Source: a virus | Virus record (IMG/VR): IMGVR_UViG_3300030116_003118 | Coordinates: 20,495 to 84,494 of that record | Direction: 5' to 3' (one strand) | DNA length: 64,000 nt | Shown: piece after piece, positions 10,658 through 20,966 of the stretch | Numbering within the stretch: position 1 is the first letter of the stretch | Layout of the letters: each line of letters opens with the position of its first letter | The notes under the pieces: model-generated | What the model saw: only the letters and a program-made list of their open reading frames with translations | Told to the model about the DNA's origin: nothing | Databases searched by the model: none | Translations under genes and position numbers: made by a program

Positions 10658-12675
10658 TCTTGTACCTCCTTAACTAGACCTTCATCAGATAATCTTCCCA
10701 TAAGTTTATACAATTTATCTTCGCCACCTTTAATTTCTAATTGTAACAACTGTAGATATTGTGATGTGTTATCAATAATATCTTGAACCTTTTGTTTAAC
10801 GGATTCTACTAAGCCATCCATAATAGTAGAAAAGGAAGATTGCGCTTCCGTTAATAATTGGTTAAATAGTTTCTTTTCTTCTTCTTCATCATCTTCTTCT
10901 TCTGCGTCATACATGTCGTTTCTTATGGCATTTAGTTCTCTAGTCCCATAATAGAAATCTAAACTTATTAACAACCTTAACATTTCTACAGGTGAAGACT
11001 CTCCCGAATGAGTGCCTGTTGCCTTTAGTTCTCTTAATAGGTCTGATACAGTATCTCCCTCTGTCATAGAAATGTTAATCATTTCAGAATCTTTTCTTAG
11101 TAGTTTGATTTGGTTCACAAACTCCTTTGCTAATTCTACAGGGATTCCTTCATAATTTAACTTGTTAGCATTTTCTCTTATACTAGTAAATAAATCAGCA
11201 CTTCCTTCCTTAGCATTGAATATTTCTTCAACGCTAAATGCAAGTTCTAATAGGTCATCTTTCTCATAGAACTCAGACAGTGCTTGGTTAATTTCTAACT
11301 CATCTTTACCTCTTAATTTTTTGAACATCTCTACTTCATCATCAGTAAATAAGTTAGTTCCTTGTCCTCTGTAATAATTTTCTAGTGCTTTAAAATCATC
11401 TCTCAAAGCAACAGCATCATCCTTCTTAGAACCAGTTATGTATTTGTAAAACTTGGGAAATTCCTCAGATTGTCTCCTATAGATTTCTTGAAGTTCCTGT
11501 ATTTTTTCTTTAGATACTCCTGAAGGGTGGTCTTCACTTACCTTTTCTTTTACTTTATCTTTAAGGTCTTCTCTTCTATAATACTTAGATTGTTTGTCTA
11601 CATCTTTTTCTAATAATGAAACGAGTTTTTTAGGAACATTTCTGCTTAGTTTAATTTCTTCACCTGACTCAATCATCTGTTTTAGATTTAGTGAAGGACT
11701 CTTCAATAGAGTTTCTAAACTTGTACTAACGGTGACGTTGTTACCTAACAAAGAAGACCTAGCATTTTGTAAAGCCTTTTTACTTTTTGTCTTAGGGGTA
11801 GGCATAAACTCCATTTTCTTTCTCCAGCCTTTTAACCCTAATAGTTTCAAATAGTTTAATGCATCTTCTGCATCCGTTACTTGATTCTCATAAGTTTTTG
11901 ATTCAGAAACATCTATTTCTCTTTGAACTCTATCAGATATCTCTGTGTCTCCAAACAAATCTAGTAAGGCAGATTTTTTGAATCCACCTGTTCTAGTAAA
12001 TCTAATTCTTTGTCCAGTCTTTCTTTGCTCAAGTCTATTGATAACATCTCTTACTTGATTAAACATATCAGGACTTATTTTCTCAGGTAGTGTAACTGTA
12101 ACTTCATCATCTGTCTTTGTTACTTCTGCTCCTTCTAATGCCTCTTTGATTTCATCGAAGGCTTCTACTTGTGTAGTTTTGTAAACTTTATCTGTACTGT
12201 AATATAACAAATCAACATCGTCTTTATCTATTGCCTCTATTATTTCTGACTTGTTTTGCATTAGCAAGTCTTTCTTTTTAGTTCTAGTTTTACCACTCCA
12301 ACTTCTAAGTCCCTTTCCTACAAACGCCTTTAGCGGGCCTGTGTCTCCTTCTTTGAGAGATTCTAAAATCTTATCAAACTTTGAACTTACAGTACCCTTT
12401 TGTTGCGCTCTTACGTTTTCTTCAGTAAGAATTTCATTCAATACATTTACAAGTTTTAATGCGTTTGCTGCAATCTCATCTTCTTTGTCCTTGAACTCTT
12501 GAGGGATTTGTTTCTTATTTGATAAAGCAGTTACTTTATTCTTAACTCTTATGATATTCTTTTTATCATCTTTCTTTGCTTCACCTTCGATATATGCTAC
12601 GCCCTGTTCTGTGGTTAGTAAACCAGCAACATTGTCTGGTTTTGGTAATGCTTTCAAAACAGTTTCCCAAGTCAT
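10654..12675 (-). CDS. Large helical hypothetical protein with tag (MTWETVLKA)
   Basis: 673 aa ORF. Confidence 0.8.
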   Translation of the reverse strand: MTWETVLKALPKPDNVAGLLTTEQGVAYIEGEAKKDDKKNIIRVKNKVTALSNKKQIPQEFKDKEDEIAANALKLVNVLNEILTEENVRAQQKGTVSSKFDKILESLKEGDTGPLKAFVGKGLRSWSGKTRTKKKDLLMQNKSEIIEAIDKDDVDLLYYSTDKVYKTTQVEAFDEIKEALEGAEVTKTDDEVTVTLPEKISPDMFNQVRDVINRLEQRKTGQRIRFTRTGGFKKSALLDLFGDTEISDRVQREIDVSESKTYENQVTDAEDALNYLKLLGLKGWRKKMEFMPTPKTKSKKALQNARSSLLGNNVTVSTSLETLLKSPSLNLKQMIESGEEIKLSRNVPKKLVSLLEKDVDKQSKYYRREDLKDKVKEKVSEDHPSGVSKEKIQELQEIYRRQSEEFPKFYKYITGSKKDDAVALRDDFKALENYYRGQGTNLFTDDEVEMFKKLRGKDELEINQALSEFYEKDDLLELAFSVEEIFNAKEGSADLFTSIRENANKLNYEGIPVELAKEFVNQIKLLRKDSEMINISMTEGDTVSDLLRELKATGTHSGESSPVEMLRLLISLDFYYGTRELNAIRNDMYDAEEEDDEEEEKKLFNQLLTEAQSSFSTIMDGLVESVKQKVQDIIDNTSQYLQLLQLEIKGGEDKLYKLMGRLSDEGLVKEVQE

Positions 12676-12679
12676 TTAA

Positions 12680-13537
12680 TCACGCTACAAACCAGTCATC
12701 TTCCTTTATTCCTTCTGGAATAAATAGGAAGTCATCATTCGGATTTTCTATCACTTGTTCTTTGAACCCTGTAACGAAATCCGGCTTATCCATGTCTGGT
12801 GCGGCGGCTCTACCTCTAGGCGTAACTTCTGGGAATCCCTTTAGATTGTCATCTTTTAATCGTTGTCTATTTAATCTAAATAGTCCCTTCTCCACCAAAC
12901 TCATAATTATGGGGTTTTCGCCTTGTTTTATATTTACTAAATCTCCTAATCCAAAATCAGCAAATAGTTTCCTTTGTTGCTTTAATGCTGCGCCACCAGT
13001 ATCATAATACGTTCTTATGTATAGTGCTGCGGCTTCTGCATTTGTTAATGGCACTATCTCAGGCATGTATATGAAATTAGTATCTGCTGGAATATCTATT
13101 ATTACAGATTGATAAGGTCTCCTTACATCCTCTATAATAGAAACACCTAATTCATCTGGGTTTAAAGTCCAAGTAGCCCTACCGCTACCAACATCTCTAA
13201 TATCTGGTATTTGAGAAGCCCTATCCATTTCTCCCCAAATAGCCTCATCATATTCTACATCTCTTTCTCTTAACTGCCAGTTATTGATGTTAACTTTTCC
13301 ATACAATCCTCTAGCAGTATTACTAACAAGTCGTGGTCTAAAGATGTTATTCTTTCTTTTGAACCACCTTACCATCGTTCTCTCTTTATTGAATCTGTCC
13401 ATCCACTTTCCAGATTCATTGAAGACTAAATCTTCTAATTCTGGAAACGCTGCTAAATTAAAGTATCCATACTTTTCACCTTGCATCGTAGTAGGCATCT
13501 TCAATACTTTTTCCCAAAGTTCATCCATTTTTTTCAC
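12680..13537 (-). CDS. Hypothetical protein with tag (ELWEKVLK)
   Basis: 285 aa ORF. Confidence 0.75.
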   Translation of the reverse strand: MKKMDELWEKVLKMPTTMQGEKYGYFNLAAFPELEDLVFNESGKWMDRFNKERTMVRWFKRKNNIFRPRLVSNTARGLYGKVNINNWQLRERDVEYDEAIWGEMDRASQIPDIRDVGSGRATWTLNPDELGVSIIEDVRRPYQSVIIDIPADTNFIYMPEIVPLTNAEAAALYIRTYYDTGGAALKQQRKLFADFGLGDLVNIKQGENPIIMSLVEKGLFRLNRQRLKDDNLKGFPEVTPRGRAAAPDMDKPDFVTGFKEQVIENPNDDFLFIPEGIKEDDWFVA

Positions 13538-13945
13538 CTAATCTATTTGACTTCTATCTTGTCTAAATTCACCTGCTTGACCTGCATTACAATCCCACGG
13601 TTGAAAGTTATGAACTGTTTTAGCACTCCTTCCTGAAGTTGGTGACACAAATGATTCTAATATTTCTTTGTGTATATCACATGATTGATGACCACAGTTT
13701 CTACACTTGTATGTTGCCCTCATGTTACACATTGGATTACGACATTCACATTCATCTTTTGTTTGTGGTGCGACATCAGTGGCATCTTCCGTTGAATCCT
13801 CCTGTTCTGTTCTATCACCCATTTGACGGGTATCTTTCGTTTTACTCCTAGTCCTGTCTAACTTAGGCGGGGGGTCTCGCAATAAAGGTTGGGGGCCACT
13901 TGGACTTCTATCAAAAATCTTAACGATATCCTTCCAATCATTCAT
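13538..13945 (-). CDS. Cys/His-rich Zn-finger-like protein with tag (MNDWKDIVK)
   Basis: CRNPMC...CRNC....CDIH pattern, shared with 21474..21773. Confidence 0.7.
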   Translation of the reverse strand: MNDWKDIVKIFDRSPSGPQPLLRDPPPKLDRTRSKTKDTRQMGDRTEQEDSTEDATDVAPQTKDECECRNPMCNMRATYKCRNCGHQSCDIHKEILESFVSPTSGRSAKTVHNFQPWDCNAGQAGEFRQDRSQID

Positions 13946-14114
13946 ATTTGAACCTCTTATTTAATGCGTCTTTTCTCCTATTACAACCGCAGTCTTTACC
14001 CGTCTTTTCTGAAACATAATCAACTGCTTTCTTTATTCCTGTAGCAGTAGTAATTCTTTCAATAGTATCTCCTAAACCTTTATCTTCTTTTAAAAGTTTA
14101 TCTTTCCAACTCAT
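13938..14114 (-). CDS. 58 aa viral protein of GLGDTI...TGIKK...DCGC type, with variant tag (MSWKDKLLK)
   Basis: Manually translated: MSWKDKLLKEDKGLGDTIERITTATGIKKAVDYVSEKTGKDCGCNRRKDALNKRFKYE. Confidence 0.75.
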   Translation of the reverse strand: MSWKDKLLKEDKGLGDTIERITTATGIKKAVDYVSEKTGKDCGCNRRKDALNKRFKYE

Positions 14115-14125
14115 TGTAACCTCTC

Positions 14126-14311
14126 CTATGCATTCTCTTGTTGAAATTCCATCTCTCTTAACATATCAGGAGTGCAATCGTGATTAGCAAAATCTTCTTC
14201 GTTATCACTTTCATAACCACATAATTGACAACGATACTTATCTTCTTGAACACCGTGTTTAAAATTACCTAATTCGTATCTTTTTGCCTTTAGCATATCT
14301 TGCCAACTCAT
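14126..14311 (-). CDS. Small Zn-finger protein with tag (MSWQDMLKA)
   Basis: YRCQLCG...HDC. Confidence 0.7.
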   Translation of the reverse strand: MSWQDMLKAKRYELGNFKHGVQEDKYRCQLCGYESDNEEDFANHDCTPDMLREMEFQQENA

Positions 14312-14313
14312 AA

Positions 14314-14634
14314 TTATAACCTCTCAAATGTTCCTAATGTTGGTTGTCTAGGGTCAGGTACTTGCGTTTTTACTTCGGCTAATGTGGTCTGTGTTTTAGG
14401 AACTTTAGGAACCTTTTCTAATGCTCTTAATTGAGAAGTCATTTGCCCTGCGTTAGATATTATTCTATTAATCCACCTATCTTCTATTTCTTTGGCTTCC
14501 ATACTAAGCCCCTTTCTTTCTAATACGTTCATAAATGAATCAATCTTTTCAAATTCATCTTTTACATTGTTCCATCGAGGGTTCTTAGAAAACCTCATCA
14601 ATGGTTGTCTTTTAACTATATCTTCCCAATTCAT
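14314..14634 (-). CDS. Hypothetical protein with tag (MNWEDIVKR) and C-terminal PIP-like QPTLGTF
   Basis: 106 aa ORF. Confidence 0.7.
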   Translation of the reverse strand: MNWEDIVKRQPLMRFSKNPRWNNVKDEFEKIDSFMNVLERKGLSMEAKEIEDRWINRIISNAGQMTSQLRALEKVPKVPKTQTTLAEVKTQVPDPRQPTLGTFERL

Positions 14635-15710
14635 GTTGTTCTTGGCTCCCTTAAAAAATTATTTAAATCTGTAAGTGCAGTAGTTAGGGCTTCTTCCCTT
14701 TGTTCTCTTCGGGTTTCATAATCTTTCATTTCTTGTGCTGTTGGCCCTGCTTCTCTCGCTTCTGTTTTTCTATCTTCTTCAACATCTTTGTCTTCTTCTT
14801 GTTGTAATTCATTTAATAACTTAGCAGACTGTTCAGATATGTTTCCTGATGCCCTCTGTCTTTCTAAATTTTGAATTAGTTTTTGATTTGATGCCCTTCT
14901 TTGTTCAGCAGTTAATGTAGCCAATGGTTGGTTTGCTTTAAATCCGGGTTGTAATCCTGCTTCTTGTGCTTCTGCTGATGTCATCGCTGGTTGTCTTTGT
15001 TCTGTAGCATCTGTTGGTTTTCCTCTAACAGTTTGAACATTTCTTCCTAAAGTCTGTCTCCATGTTTCTCCTATCTTTCCACCAGAACCTATTCTTAATC
15101 TTTCTAAAGGAGATAGTTTTGTTTCGCCTCTTCCTTGAACTGCTTCTCTTTCTGCGCCTCTAACGTTTCCAAACATTCTATCTTGTCTTTGAGGGTCATT
15201 AACATAATCACTTACTGCTTGTCGCTGTCTTGCATTTTCTTCTGCTTCTCTTACTTTTGCCCTATCTCTTTCTATTTTCGCTTTGCCTTGTTGAGTGTCA
15301 ACTCTTGCTTGTCTTTCTCTTAGTTTTTGTTTTCTATCAATAGCCGCCTGTTCCCTCTTTCTTTCTTGTTCTTTGGCTCTTAATTGTCTTTGATAATCAG
15401 CCCTATCCTTTTGGTCTTCTTGTTCTTTTTGTCGTTGTTCAAAGAACTTAAAATTTTCATCTTGTTCTTTTCCTCTTGCTTCGTCTGCTTGAGCAGATAA
15501 TTCAGAACCTCTTGATTCAAGAACATTTTTCCTTTGTTGTTCTTTCATCTCTTTTGCCTTGCTTTCTTCTACTCCTCTTTGATATCTTCTTTGTGCGCTA
15601 TCAGTAGATATTTTCTTATCTCGCTGTTTTATCTTTCTTCTACTGCCAGCAACAAACCCCGGTTTCATAGGGGCTTTAGCAAGTTCAAACCAAGCAGCAG
15701 TTGCGTTCAT
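14631..15710 (-). CDS. Q/R/E-rich coiled-coil protein with tag (AWFELAKA)
   Basis: 359 aa low-complexity charged ORF; GGTGA RBS. Confidence 0.75.
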   Translation of the reverse strand: MNATAAWFELAKAPMKPGFVAGSRRKIKQRDKKISTDSAQRRYQRGVEESKAKEMKEQQRKNVLESRGSELSAQADEARGKEQDENFKFFEQRQKEQEDQKDRADYQRQLRAKEQERKREQAAIDRKQKLRERQARVDTQQGKAKIERDRAKVREAEENARQRQAVSDYVNDPQRQDRMFGNVRGAEREAVQGRGETKLSPLERLRIGSGGKIGETWRQTLGRNVQTVRGKPTDATEQRQPAMTSAEAQEAGLQPGFKANQPLATLTAEQRRASNQKLIQNLERQRASGNISEQSAKLLNELQQEEDKDVEEDRKTEAREAGPTAQEMKDYETRREQREEALTTALTDLNNFLREPRTT

Positions 15711-15714
15711 TATA

Positions 15715-16029
15715 TCACCTTTCTTTTTCTCTTAGTTTATTTTGCCACGAAGAATCAAAAAATTCTGGTGAGGCTCTATCATCTGGTTTACCACCGAATT
15801 GCGCCCCTCGCATCTTAGGCATCTTTGTTGCCTTTTCTTTATCCCTTACAAGTTTTAATCTATATAATACTACAAACTTATTACAGTCGTCACAAACTCT
15901 GCCATCAATTAAAGGTCTACCATTGTTTCCAAATTTTCCGTATGGTTTACCACACAAAGCACAGGTTTTACCTCTGTCTTCCATGTCATCATTTTGTCTG
16001 ACTGTTTTGAAAATATCATCCCAATTCAT
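15715..16029 (-). CDS. Zn-finger protein with tag (MNWDDIFK)
   Basis: CALC...CDDC; start placed at ATG 16029 (ATGA overlap with upstream gene). Confidence 0.7.
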   Translation of the reverse strand: MNWDDIFKTVRQNDDMEDRGKTCALCGKPYGKFGNNGRPLIDGRVCDDCNKFVVLYRLKLVRDKEKATKMPKMRGAQFGGKPDDRASPEFFDSSWQNKLREKER

Positions 16030-16685
16030 GCCATTTTCTCCTCCATCTTTCGTTTCACATCTAACCAAACTTGTGGATGATTTTGTGCTAATACCTCTTG
16101 AACAATCTGCATTTGCGCTACTATGATTGTATCCTGTCTCTTATGAACTAACTTGCCCTTAAACTCCATAAGATATCGTAGACTCTCTCTAATCTCTTTT
16201 GCTAGTTTAGTTAAACTATCTATGTATTTAGGATGTAATGGCTCATCGCTATCGAAAAGCGTATCTATTTTCATTTCTAACCGTGTTATATTTTTAGACA
16301 GACTCTCAATTTCGTCTACCTCCTTCACCGCTATTATATTTGCCGCAGACTTCTGAACCAATGGTTGAAGATGTTTCCTCATGTGTCGCTTTACTTGTTC
16401 TTCTGAACATTTCAAAAGCATTGAAACACCTTTTGGTGTTACCGAACCTTCACTTAATTCTTTCTCTAAATGACCTCTTAACTCATGCGTACAAAAGGCA
16501 CACCTCGGATTAGATGCATCAACATAATCTCCCATATGATTTCTTTGATGCCTTGCTGATGTTCCGCTAGGCCAATCCATTTGCCTATCCAAATCATCAG
16601 GCGCAATAGCCATTGTTTCTAATTGCGCTTCTAAATCATCACGGTCTTCGTGATTACATAATTTACATCGTCTTCTCTTTACCAT
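16026..16685 (-). CDS. Putative DNA-binding protein / terminase small subunit candidate
   Basis: Two repeats of CxxCxH...RHxxxH with HTH-like spacing, then coiled coil; function inferred only. Confidence 0.5.
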   Translation of the reverse strand: MVKRRRCKLCNHEDRDDLEAQLETMAIAPDDLDRQMDWPSGTSARHQRNHMGDYVDASNPRCAFCTHELRGHLEKELSEGSVTPKGVSMLLKCSEEQVKRHMRKHLQPLVQKSAANIIAVKEVDEIESLSKNITRLEMKIDTLFDSDEPLHPKYIDSLTKLAKEIRESLRYLMEFKGKLVHKRQDTIIVAQMQIVQEVLAQNHPQVWLDVKRKMEEKMA

Positions 16686-17848
16686 GCTAATACACTCTTC
16701 CAACTCTTTTTAACTTCTTTCTTTTTCTTTTCTACAGGTTTAGGCTTTGCTACCCCCGGCATGAATACAGTTTCTTTACCGGGTGTTCTCTTACACTTAC
16801 CTGTTAAAATGGCTAGATTTTTTGTCTGCCTTCTTGAAATGTTTACTGAAATCCCTTTTACTTCTCCTATGAACTTATCATAGTCTGCTACTCTTTTAAC
16901 AGTCTTACTGTCTTTTACACCAATATCTATAAATGTAAATGCCTTGAGCCTATTGTTAACATGGGTGTCTCTGAACATACCTGTTGTCTTATTAATGCCC
17001 CAACCGGGAGCCTGTGGTGTTCCAACGCATTCTGCCATGTATTCCTTGATGGCATCTATAGTCATCAATTCTGGAGCAGTTACGCCTTTTCCAGAATCCA
17101 CAATCTTTAGTTTCAAATGCTCAAAACTAACATCTTCCTCTAATGCCTTTACAGTTTCACTTAGAATATAAACTAAACCATTGCTAACCAATTGTTGCTT
17201 TAAGATTATACTCTTTTTAACTTCATATAACGTACCATCACCTGCAAACAATGCTTGCCACATTGGAGGCTCGGCAGTATTTTTACTTGTATTATACCAA
17301 TCAGAAGAAACCGCCTTTATTGACTCCTCTTTTCCTCCAAACAATTTTGCTTTTAGATTTCTATATTTAACATAATCAGTGGTTCTATAATGACCATATA
17401 CTTCTTTAGTATCTGTCTCTTCATCATAGTCTGCATTCTTTCTATTTACCTTTCTAAAAATAGGTACTGTGAAAACAATGTTTCTTGGGTCTGCTTCGGT
17501 ATTCTGCATGTTCTTTAATTTAGTATATACCTTAGTAACATTCTTTTTATCTTCCTCAGTTATACCATCTGTTAAATCTAACAAAGCATCCAGTAACTCC
17601 ACTACGTTACCTGCACCGTCATCTAACGGGTCATCAGTATATGGCCTAGCAACTTGTGTATCTCCATGTGCGGCAACTAAATCTAATAATGTTTTATCAG
17701 AAGTAATTCCCATTTGCTCTCCACTAACACTACTACATTGGTCTTTCCATTCTTCATAAGCCTCCTTAAACTTAGAAGAATCAAAAGTTTGTGTTCCCTG
17801 AGAGCCGTCTATAGAGACTCCAACATTTGCCTTCTTTTCTTTTGCCAT
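16679..17848 (-). CDS. Hypothetical protein
   Basis: 389 aa ORF; ends KKSWKSVLAW. Confidence 0.8.
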   Translation of the reverse strand: MAKEKKANVGVSIDGSQGTQTFDSSKFKEAYEEWKDQCSSVSGEQMGITSDKTLLDLVAAHGDTQVARPYTDDPLDDGAGNVVELLDALLDLTDGITEEDKKNVTKVYTKLKNMQNTEADPRNIVFTVPIFRKVNRKNADYDEETDTKEVYGHYRTTDYVKYRNLKAKLFGGKEESIKAVSSDWYNTSKNTAEPPMWQALFAGDGTLYEVKKSIILKQQLVSNGLVYILSETVKALEEDVSFEHLKLKIVDSGKGVTAPELMTIDAIKEYMAECVGTPQAPGWGINKTTGMFRDTHVNNRLKAFTFIDIGVKDSKTVKRVADYDKFIGEVKGISVNISRRQTKNLAILTGKCKRTPGKETVFMPGVAKPKPVEKKKKEVKKSWKSVLAW

Positions 17849-18093
17849 TACTCTTCCTCTTCATCATTATCCATTGTGTGAATAGATAGGTCTTTCTTTC
17901 TATTATCCACACCCCCTTCATCATCTAGGTTTTGCGACATACCCCCTGCTACGGCTGTTGCACCTGCACCTATTATTGGAGCGATAACTTTCTCCAAATC
18001 TTTCTTCTTCTTTCCGTATAATGGTCTTGCCTCTATACCCCCTGTATTAGACATGACTGCACCTGAATCTTTTATTACATTCCACCACTTCAT
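17848..18093 (-). CDS. Small protein with tag (MKWWNVIKD)
   Basis: Tiled ORF. Confidence 0.7.
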   Translation of the reverse strand: MKWWNVIKDSGAVMSNTGGIEARPLYGKKKKDLEKVIAPIIGAGATAVAGGMSQNLDDEGGVDNRKKDLSIHTMDNDEEEE

Positions 18094-18299
18094 AGTTTTT
18101 TTACCTCCTTCAATAAATCTGCATAGTAACTGCTTTTTCGATTATAAAATATTCTTACTAATTTTACTTTGTCGTTTGCTCCCATAAATATAGGGTCATT
18201 TTTCTTAACACCATATTCTTCCATTTGGCGAATTTCCTTATCTGTTTTGATTTCCTCTAACTGAACATCATACTTTTGTTTGAATATTTTAAACCACAT
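18090..18299 (-). CDS. Small protein with tag (MWFKIFKQ)
   Basis: Tiled ORF. Confidence 0.7.
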   Translation of the reverse strand: MWFKIFKQKYDVQLEEIKTDKEIRQMEEYGVKKNDPIFMGANDKVKLVRIFYNRKSSYYADLLKEVKKL

Positions 18300-18300
18300 A

Positions 18301-18969
18301 CTATTCTTCTCCTTCTGGTAGTTCTGGTAATTTCTTAAGTGCTTTAACTATTTCTTTATATGCAGGATGTTTAGTAAATAATGTAATGTAAAATATCTTA
18401 TCATCCTTTGTAGGTGGCTTGAATTTATAAGGTTGTGGTGGTCTTTCTGTAGAAGTATCTTTAGTTATTTTAACAGAAGTTCTTTCTTCTTCTTCTTCTT
18501 CTAACCCCATAGCATCATAGTATGCTTGACGGTCTCCTTCTTCCCAAAAATCAAATGTAACTAATTTTGGTTTCCCCATAAACTTTAGATTTTTATTTGC
18601 TAACTCTAGCCCAAATTTTGCTAAATCTCTAACTACTTCTCTTAATTTATTTTTACCAGCAGAACCAACATGTGACGGGTGAGTATTATATGTGAATTCA
18701 TATGGCTCATCTGCATTAAAATTATCTTTTATCTGTTTCATGGTAAAGTTATCTTTAGATTGATTTAACATTGTTGGAGATAAAGTTTTGAGACCTATCC
18801 AAGCAAGCGGTAATCTTCCGCTTCCTCTACCTTCCATTGTATACCCATCACCTGTTGCTTTAACAATGTCTATCATATTAGGTCTACTTTCATAGTTTTC
18901 AATAGCCTCATTTATTTCTGATTCAGTTGGCATCAAACGCTCTCTTTTAAGAAGGCTTTCCCACATCAT
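18301..18969 (-). CDS. Hypothetical protein with tag (MMWESLLKR)
   Basis: 222 aa tiled ORF. Confidence 0.75.
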   Translation of the reverse strand: MMWESLLKRERLMPTESEINEAIENYESRPNMIDIVKATGDGYTMEGRGSGRLPLAWIGLKTLSPTMLNQSKDNFTMKQIKDNFNADEPYEFTYNTHPSHVGSAGKNKLREVVRDLAKFGLELANKNLKFMGKPKLVTFDFWEEGDRQAYYDAMGLEEEEEERTSVKITKDTSTERPPQPYKFKPPTKDDKIFYITLFTKHPAYKEIVKALKKLPELPEGEE

Positions 18970-19694
18970 CTTCTTCTCACCCCATCTAAATCTCTAAGTT
19001 GTTTCTTCCATCTTGGTCTTTTTTTCTTAGGAGAAACTTGTTCATCCTTCCAATCTCTATGTTTTTCTCTATATCTTTCAGATGGCTTCATTTCAGAAGG
19101 AGCCAATTTACCTTCCATCCTAGCACCCTCTTCTTCATCAATAGTTAAATCTTCATTGTCTTTCATGTAAGTTGTTTTACACAATTGCCATTGTTCTTGA
19201 ACATACTTCATTCCATCTAAATTCATAATGTCTATACCAAAGAGAGTTATGTCCTCCCCTCTATCTGGTTCCATTAAGTTGTTGATAGTTTTACAATCAT
19301 AGTCCATAATTGTACGGAATACTTTCTTTCTTCTTGCAGGAGTTAGTTTGTAAAGATTTTCATTTTCATTCATATATTCAATAACTTCTTCTAATAATAA
19401 TTCTTTTGCCCCTTCACAGCAAGGGTCATCATCTGGATTTACTTGGCCGTCTTCTGCCATTGTAAAACTAGGAGAAACCCTACTAATAATATCTTTAGAC
19501 ATTCCACCCCTTTGACTGTATTCTTCCTCTTCATCATCATCAGAAGAAGGCGCACCTCCCCCGCCTCTATTTGGGCCACCGCCTCCACCGCCAAAACCGC
19601 TTTGTCTATCTAATTCAGATTCTCTTTCCCTATTAACCCACTTACCAGTTTTAGGGTCTTTTGTCCTAACCTTTAGAATCTTATTCCAATCCAT
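18966..19694 (-). CDS. Hypothetical protein with tag (MDWNKILKV), Gly-rich and acidic linker
   Basis: 242 aa tiled ORF. Confidence 0.75.
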   Translation of the reverse strand: MDWNKILKVRTKDPKTGKWVNRERESELDRQSGFGGGGGGPNRGGGGAPSSDDDEEEEYSQRGGMSKDIISRVSPSFTMAEDGQVNPDDDPCCEGAKELLLEEVIEYMNENENLYKLTPARRKKVFRTIMDYDCKTINNLMEPDRGEDITLFGIDIMNLDGMKYVQEQWQLCKTTYMKDNEDLTIDEEEGARMEGKLAPSEMKPSERYREKHRDWKDEQVSPKKKRPRWKKQLRDLDGVRRR

Positions 19695-19696
19695 AA

Positions 19697-20056
19697 CTAC
19701 ACCTTGTAATATGTTTTCTTTCCGTTCCTTCCAACGCCGCGTTCTTGTTTTGTTGTAATGTTCATTGTTTCTAATCTCTTTCTTAAGAAAGACGTAAGGT
19801 TTTCATCACTATCTTTTAACTTGGGATTTTGTTCTCTTAGTGATTTTATTATATCGTCTATTGTATTCCAATCGTTATTAGTTTGTAAATATTTTGTAAT
19901 CTGTGATTCTAAAGAATCATAAAATTCAGTGCTTCTTTTTCCGTGTTTCTTTCTTAGATAATCTAAATGTTTCATATCATCAGACTTTGCATACTTTTCA
20001 GCAAGCATCTCAAACTCTTTGAGTTCATCAGATTTAATTAATTCAAACCAAGTCAT
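19697..20056 (-). CDS. Winged-helix-like protein with tag (MTWFELIKS)
   Basis: Helical core then GVGRNGKKTYYKV wing-like end. Confidence 0.6.
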   Translation of the reverse strand: MTWFELIKSDELKEFEMLAEKYAKSDDMKHLDYLRKKHGKRSTEFYDSLESQITKYLQTNNDWNTIDDIIKSLREQNPKLKDSDENLTSFLRKRLETMNITTKQERGVGRNGKKTYYKV

Positions 20057-20060
20057 TCAA

Positions 20061-20345
20061 TCACCAATCTCTACACGCCATACATCTAGCAGAATAATCT
20101 CCTTTTCCGCACGTTGAACATTTATGTCTTGCTCTAAAGGATTTCTTTCTCTTAGTGTTTCCACTCTTACCTGTCACTTTAACTCCTGATTGACCCCAAT
20201 GAACTTTCTTATACTTGCCTTTCTTTCCTGATGGAACACAAGCCATCCATTTCTTTCCACTTCTTGTTGATTTGGTTTTACCTGTTCTTTTGGTACACCT
20301 ACCAGACTTACACAGGTTATCAAACCAAGCATCCATTTTATTCAA
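20061..20345 (-). CDS. Small basic Cys-rich protein (KKSFRARHKC type) with variant tag
   Basis: KKVHWGQ...RKKSFRARHKC...SARCMACRDW. Confidence 0.7.
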   Translation of the reverse strand: MNKMDAWFDNLCKSGRCTKRTGKTKSTRSGKKWMACVPSGKKGKYKKVHWGQSGVKVTGKSGNTKRKKSFRARHKCSTCGKGDYSARCMACRDW

Positions 20346-20706
20346 TCCTTGTAGTATCCTTACTTAAATGTCTTAAGTATTTATCATCTAATTCATAGAA
20401 GTGAAATAGTTTTTTACTCTTGCCTTCTACATGTTCTTTACCAGACATTAAAGTTCCATCGGGGTGTTTGTGGGTTTCACCAGTCCACTGAACAGGTTTA
20501 CCATCTTCAATATAGAAATGTCTTTCTCCCTTTCCTTTCCTAAGATTCTTAAAATCTTCTCCCGTTATTTTACCATCATCATTGGTGTCAATTTCATGCT
20601 GGTCACCAACGAGTTTTTTCTCCTCCATTACAACAACAGGCCCGTATGTTTTACACGGATTTTGCCCACAGCCGCAATGTCTCTTTATTACTTCTTCCCA
20701 AGTCAT
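20338..20706 (-). CDS. Protein with tag (MTWEEVIKR), EF-hand-like loop and HKHPDGTLMSG motif
   Basis: DTNDDGKITGEDF EF-hand-like loop; CGCGQNPC. Confidence 0.7.
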   Translation of the reverse strand: MTWEEVIKRHCGCGQNPCKTYGPVVVMEEKKLVGDQHEIDTNDDGKITGEDFKNLRKGKGERHFYIEDGKPVQWTGETHKHPDGTLMSGKEHVEGKSKKLFHFYELDDKYLRHLSKDTTRIE

Positions 20707-20966
20707 CTTTTTCCTTTTCTCCTTTTATATGTTTTACACGCTGCACATGTTGGTCTACATCTTCTCTTTTTACCTTTTGAAGCATCTTTTCTACCACAAG
20801 GTTTAGGCCCACCCTTTCTTCCACAAGTTGAACAATCAATCCATCCTCCCTGTGTTTTACCTCCTTTGGTTTCTTTTCCGCCTCTTCTTGAAAACCATCC
20901 ATGTAATCCTTCATCTTTTTCGCGCTTGAATTTGTCTCCGCCTTTAACTACTTCAAACCAACTCAT
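20703..20966 (-). CDS. Small basic Cys-rich protein with tag (MSWFEVVKG)
   Basis: GLHGWF...WIDC...PCGR...CRP. Confidence 0.7.
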   Translation of the reverse strand: MSWFEVVKGGDKFKREKDEGLHGWFSRRGGKETKGGKTQGGWIDCSTCGRKGGPKPCGRKDASKGKKRRCRPTCAACKTYKRRKGKR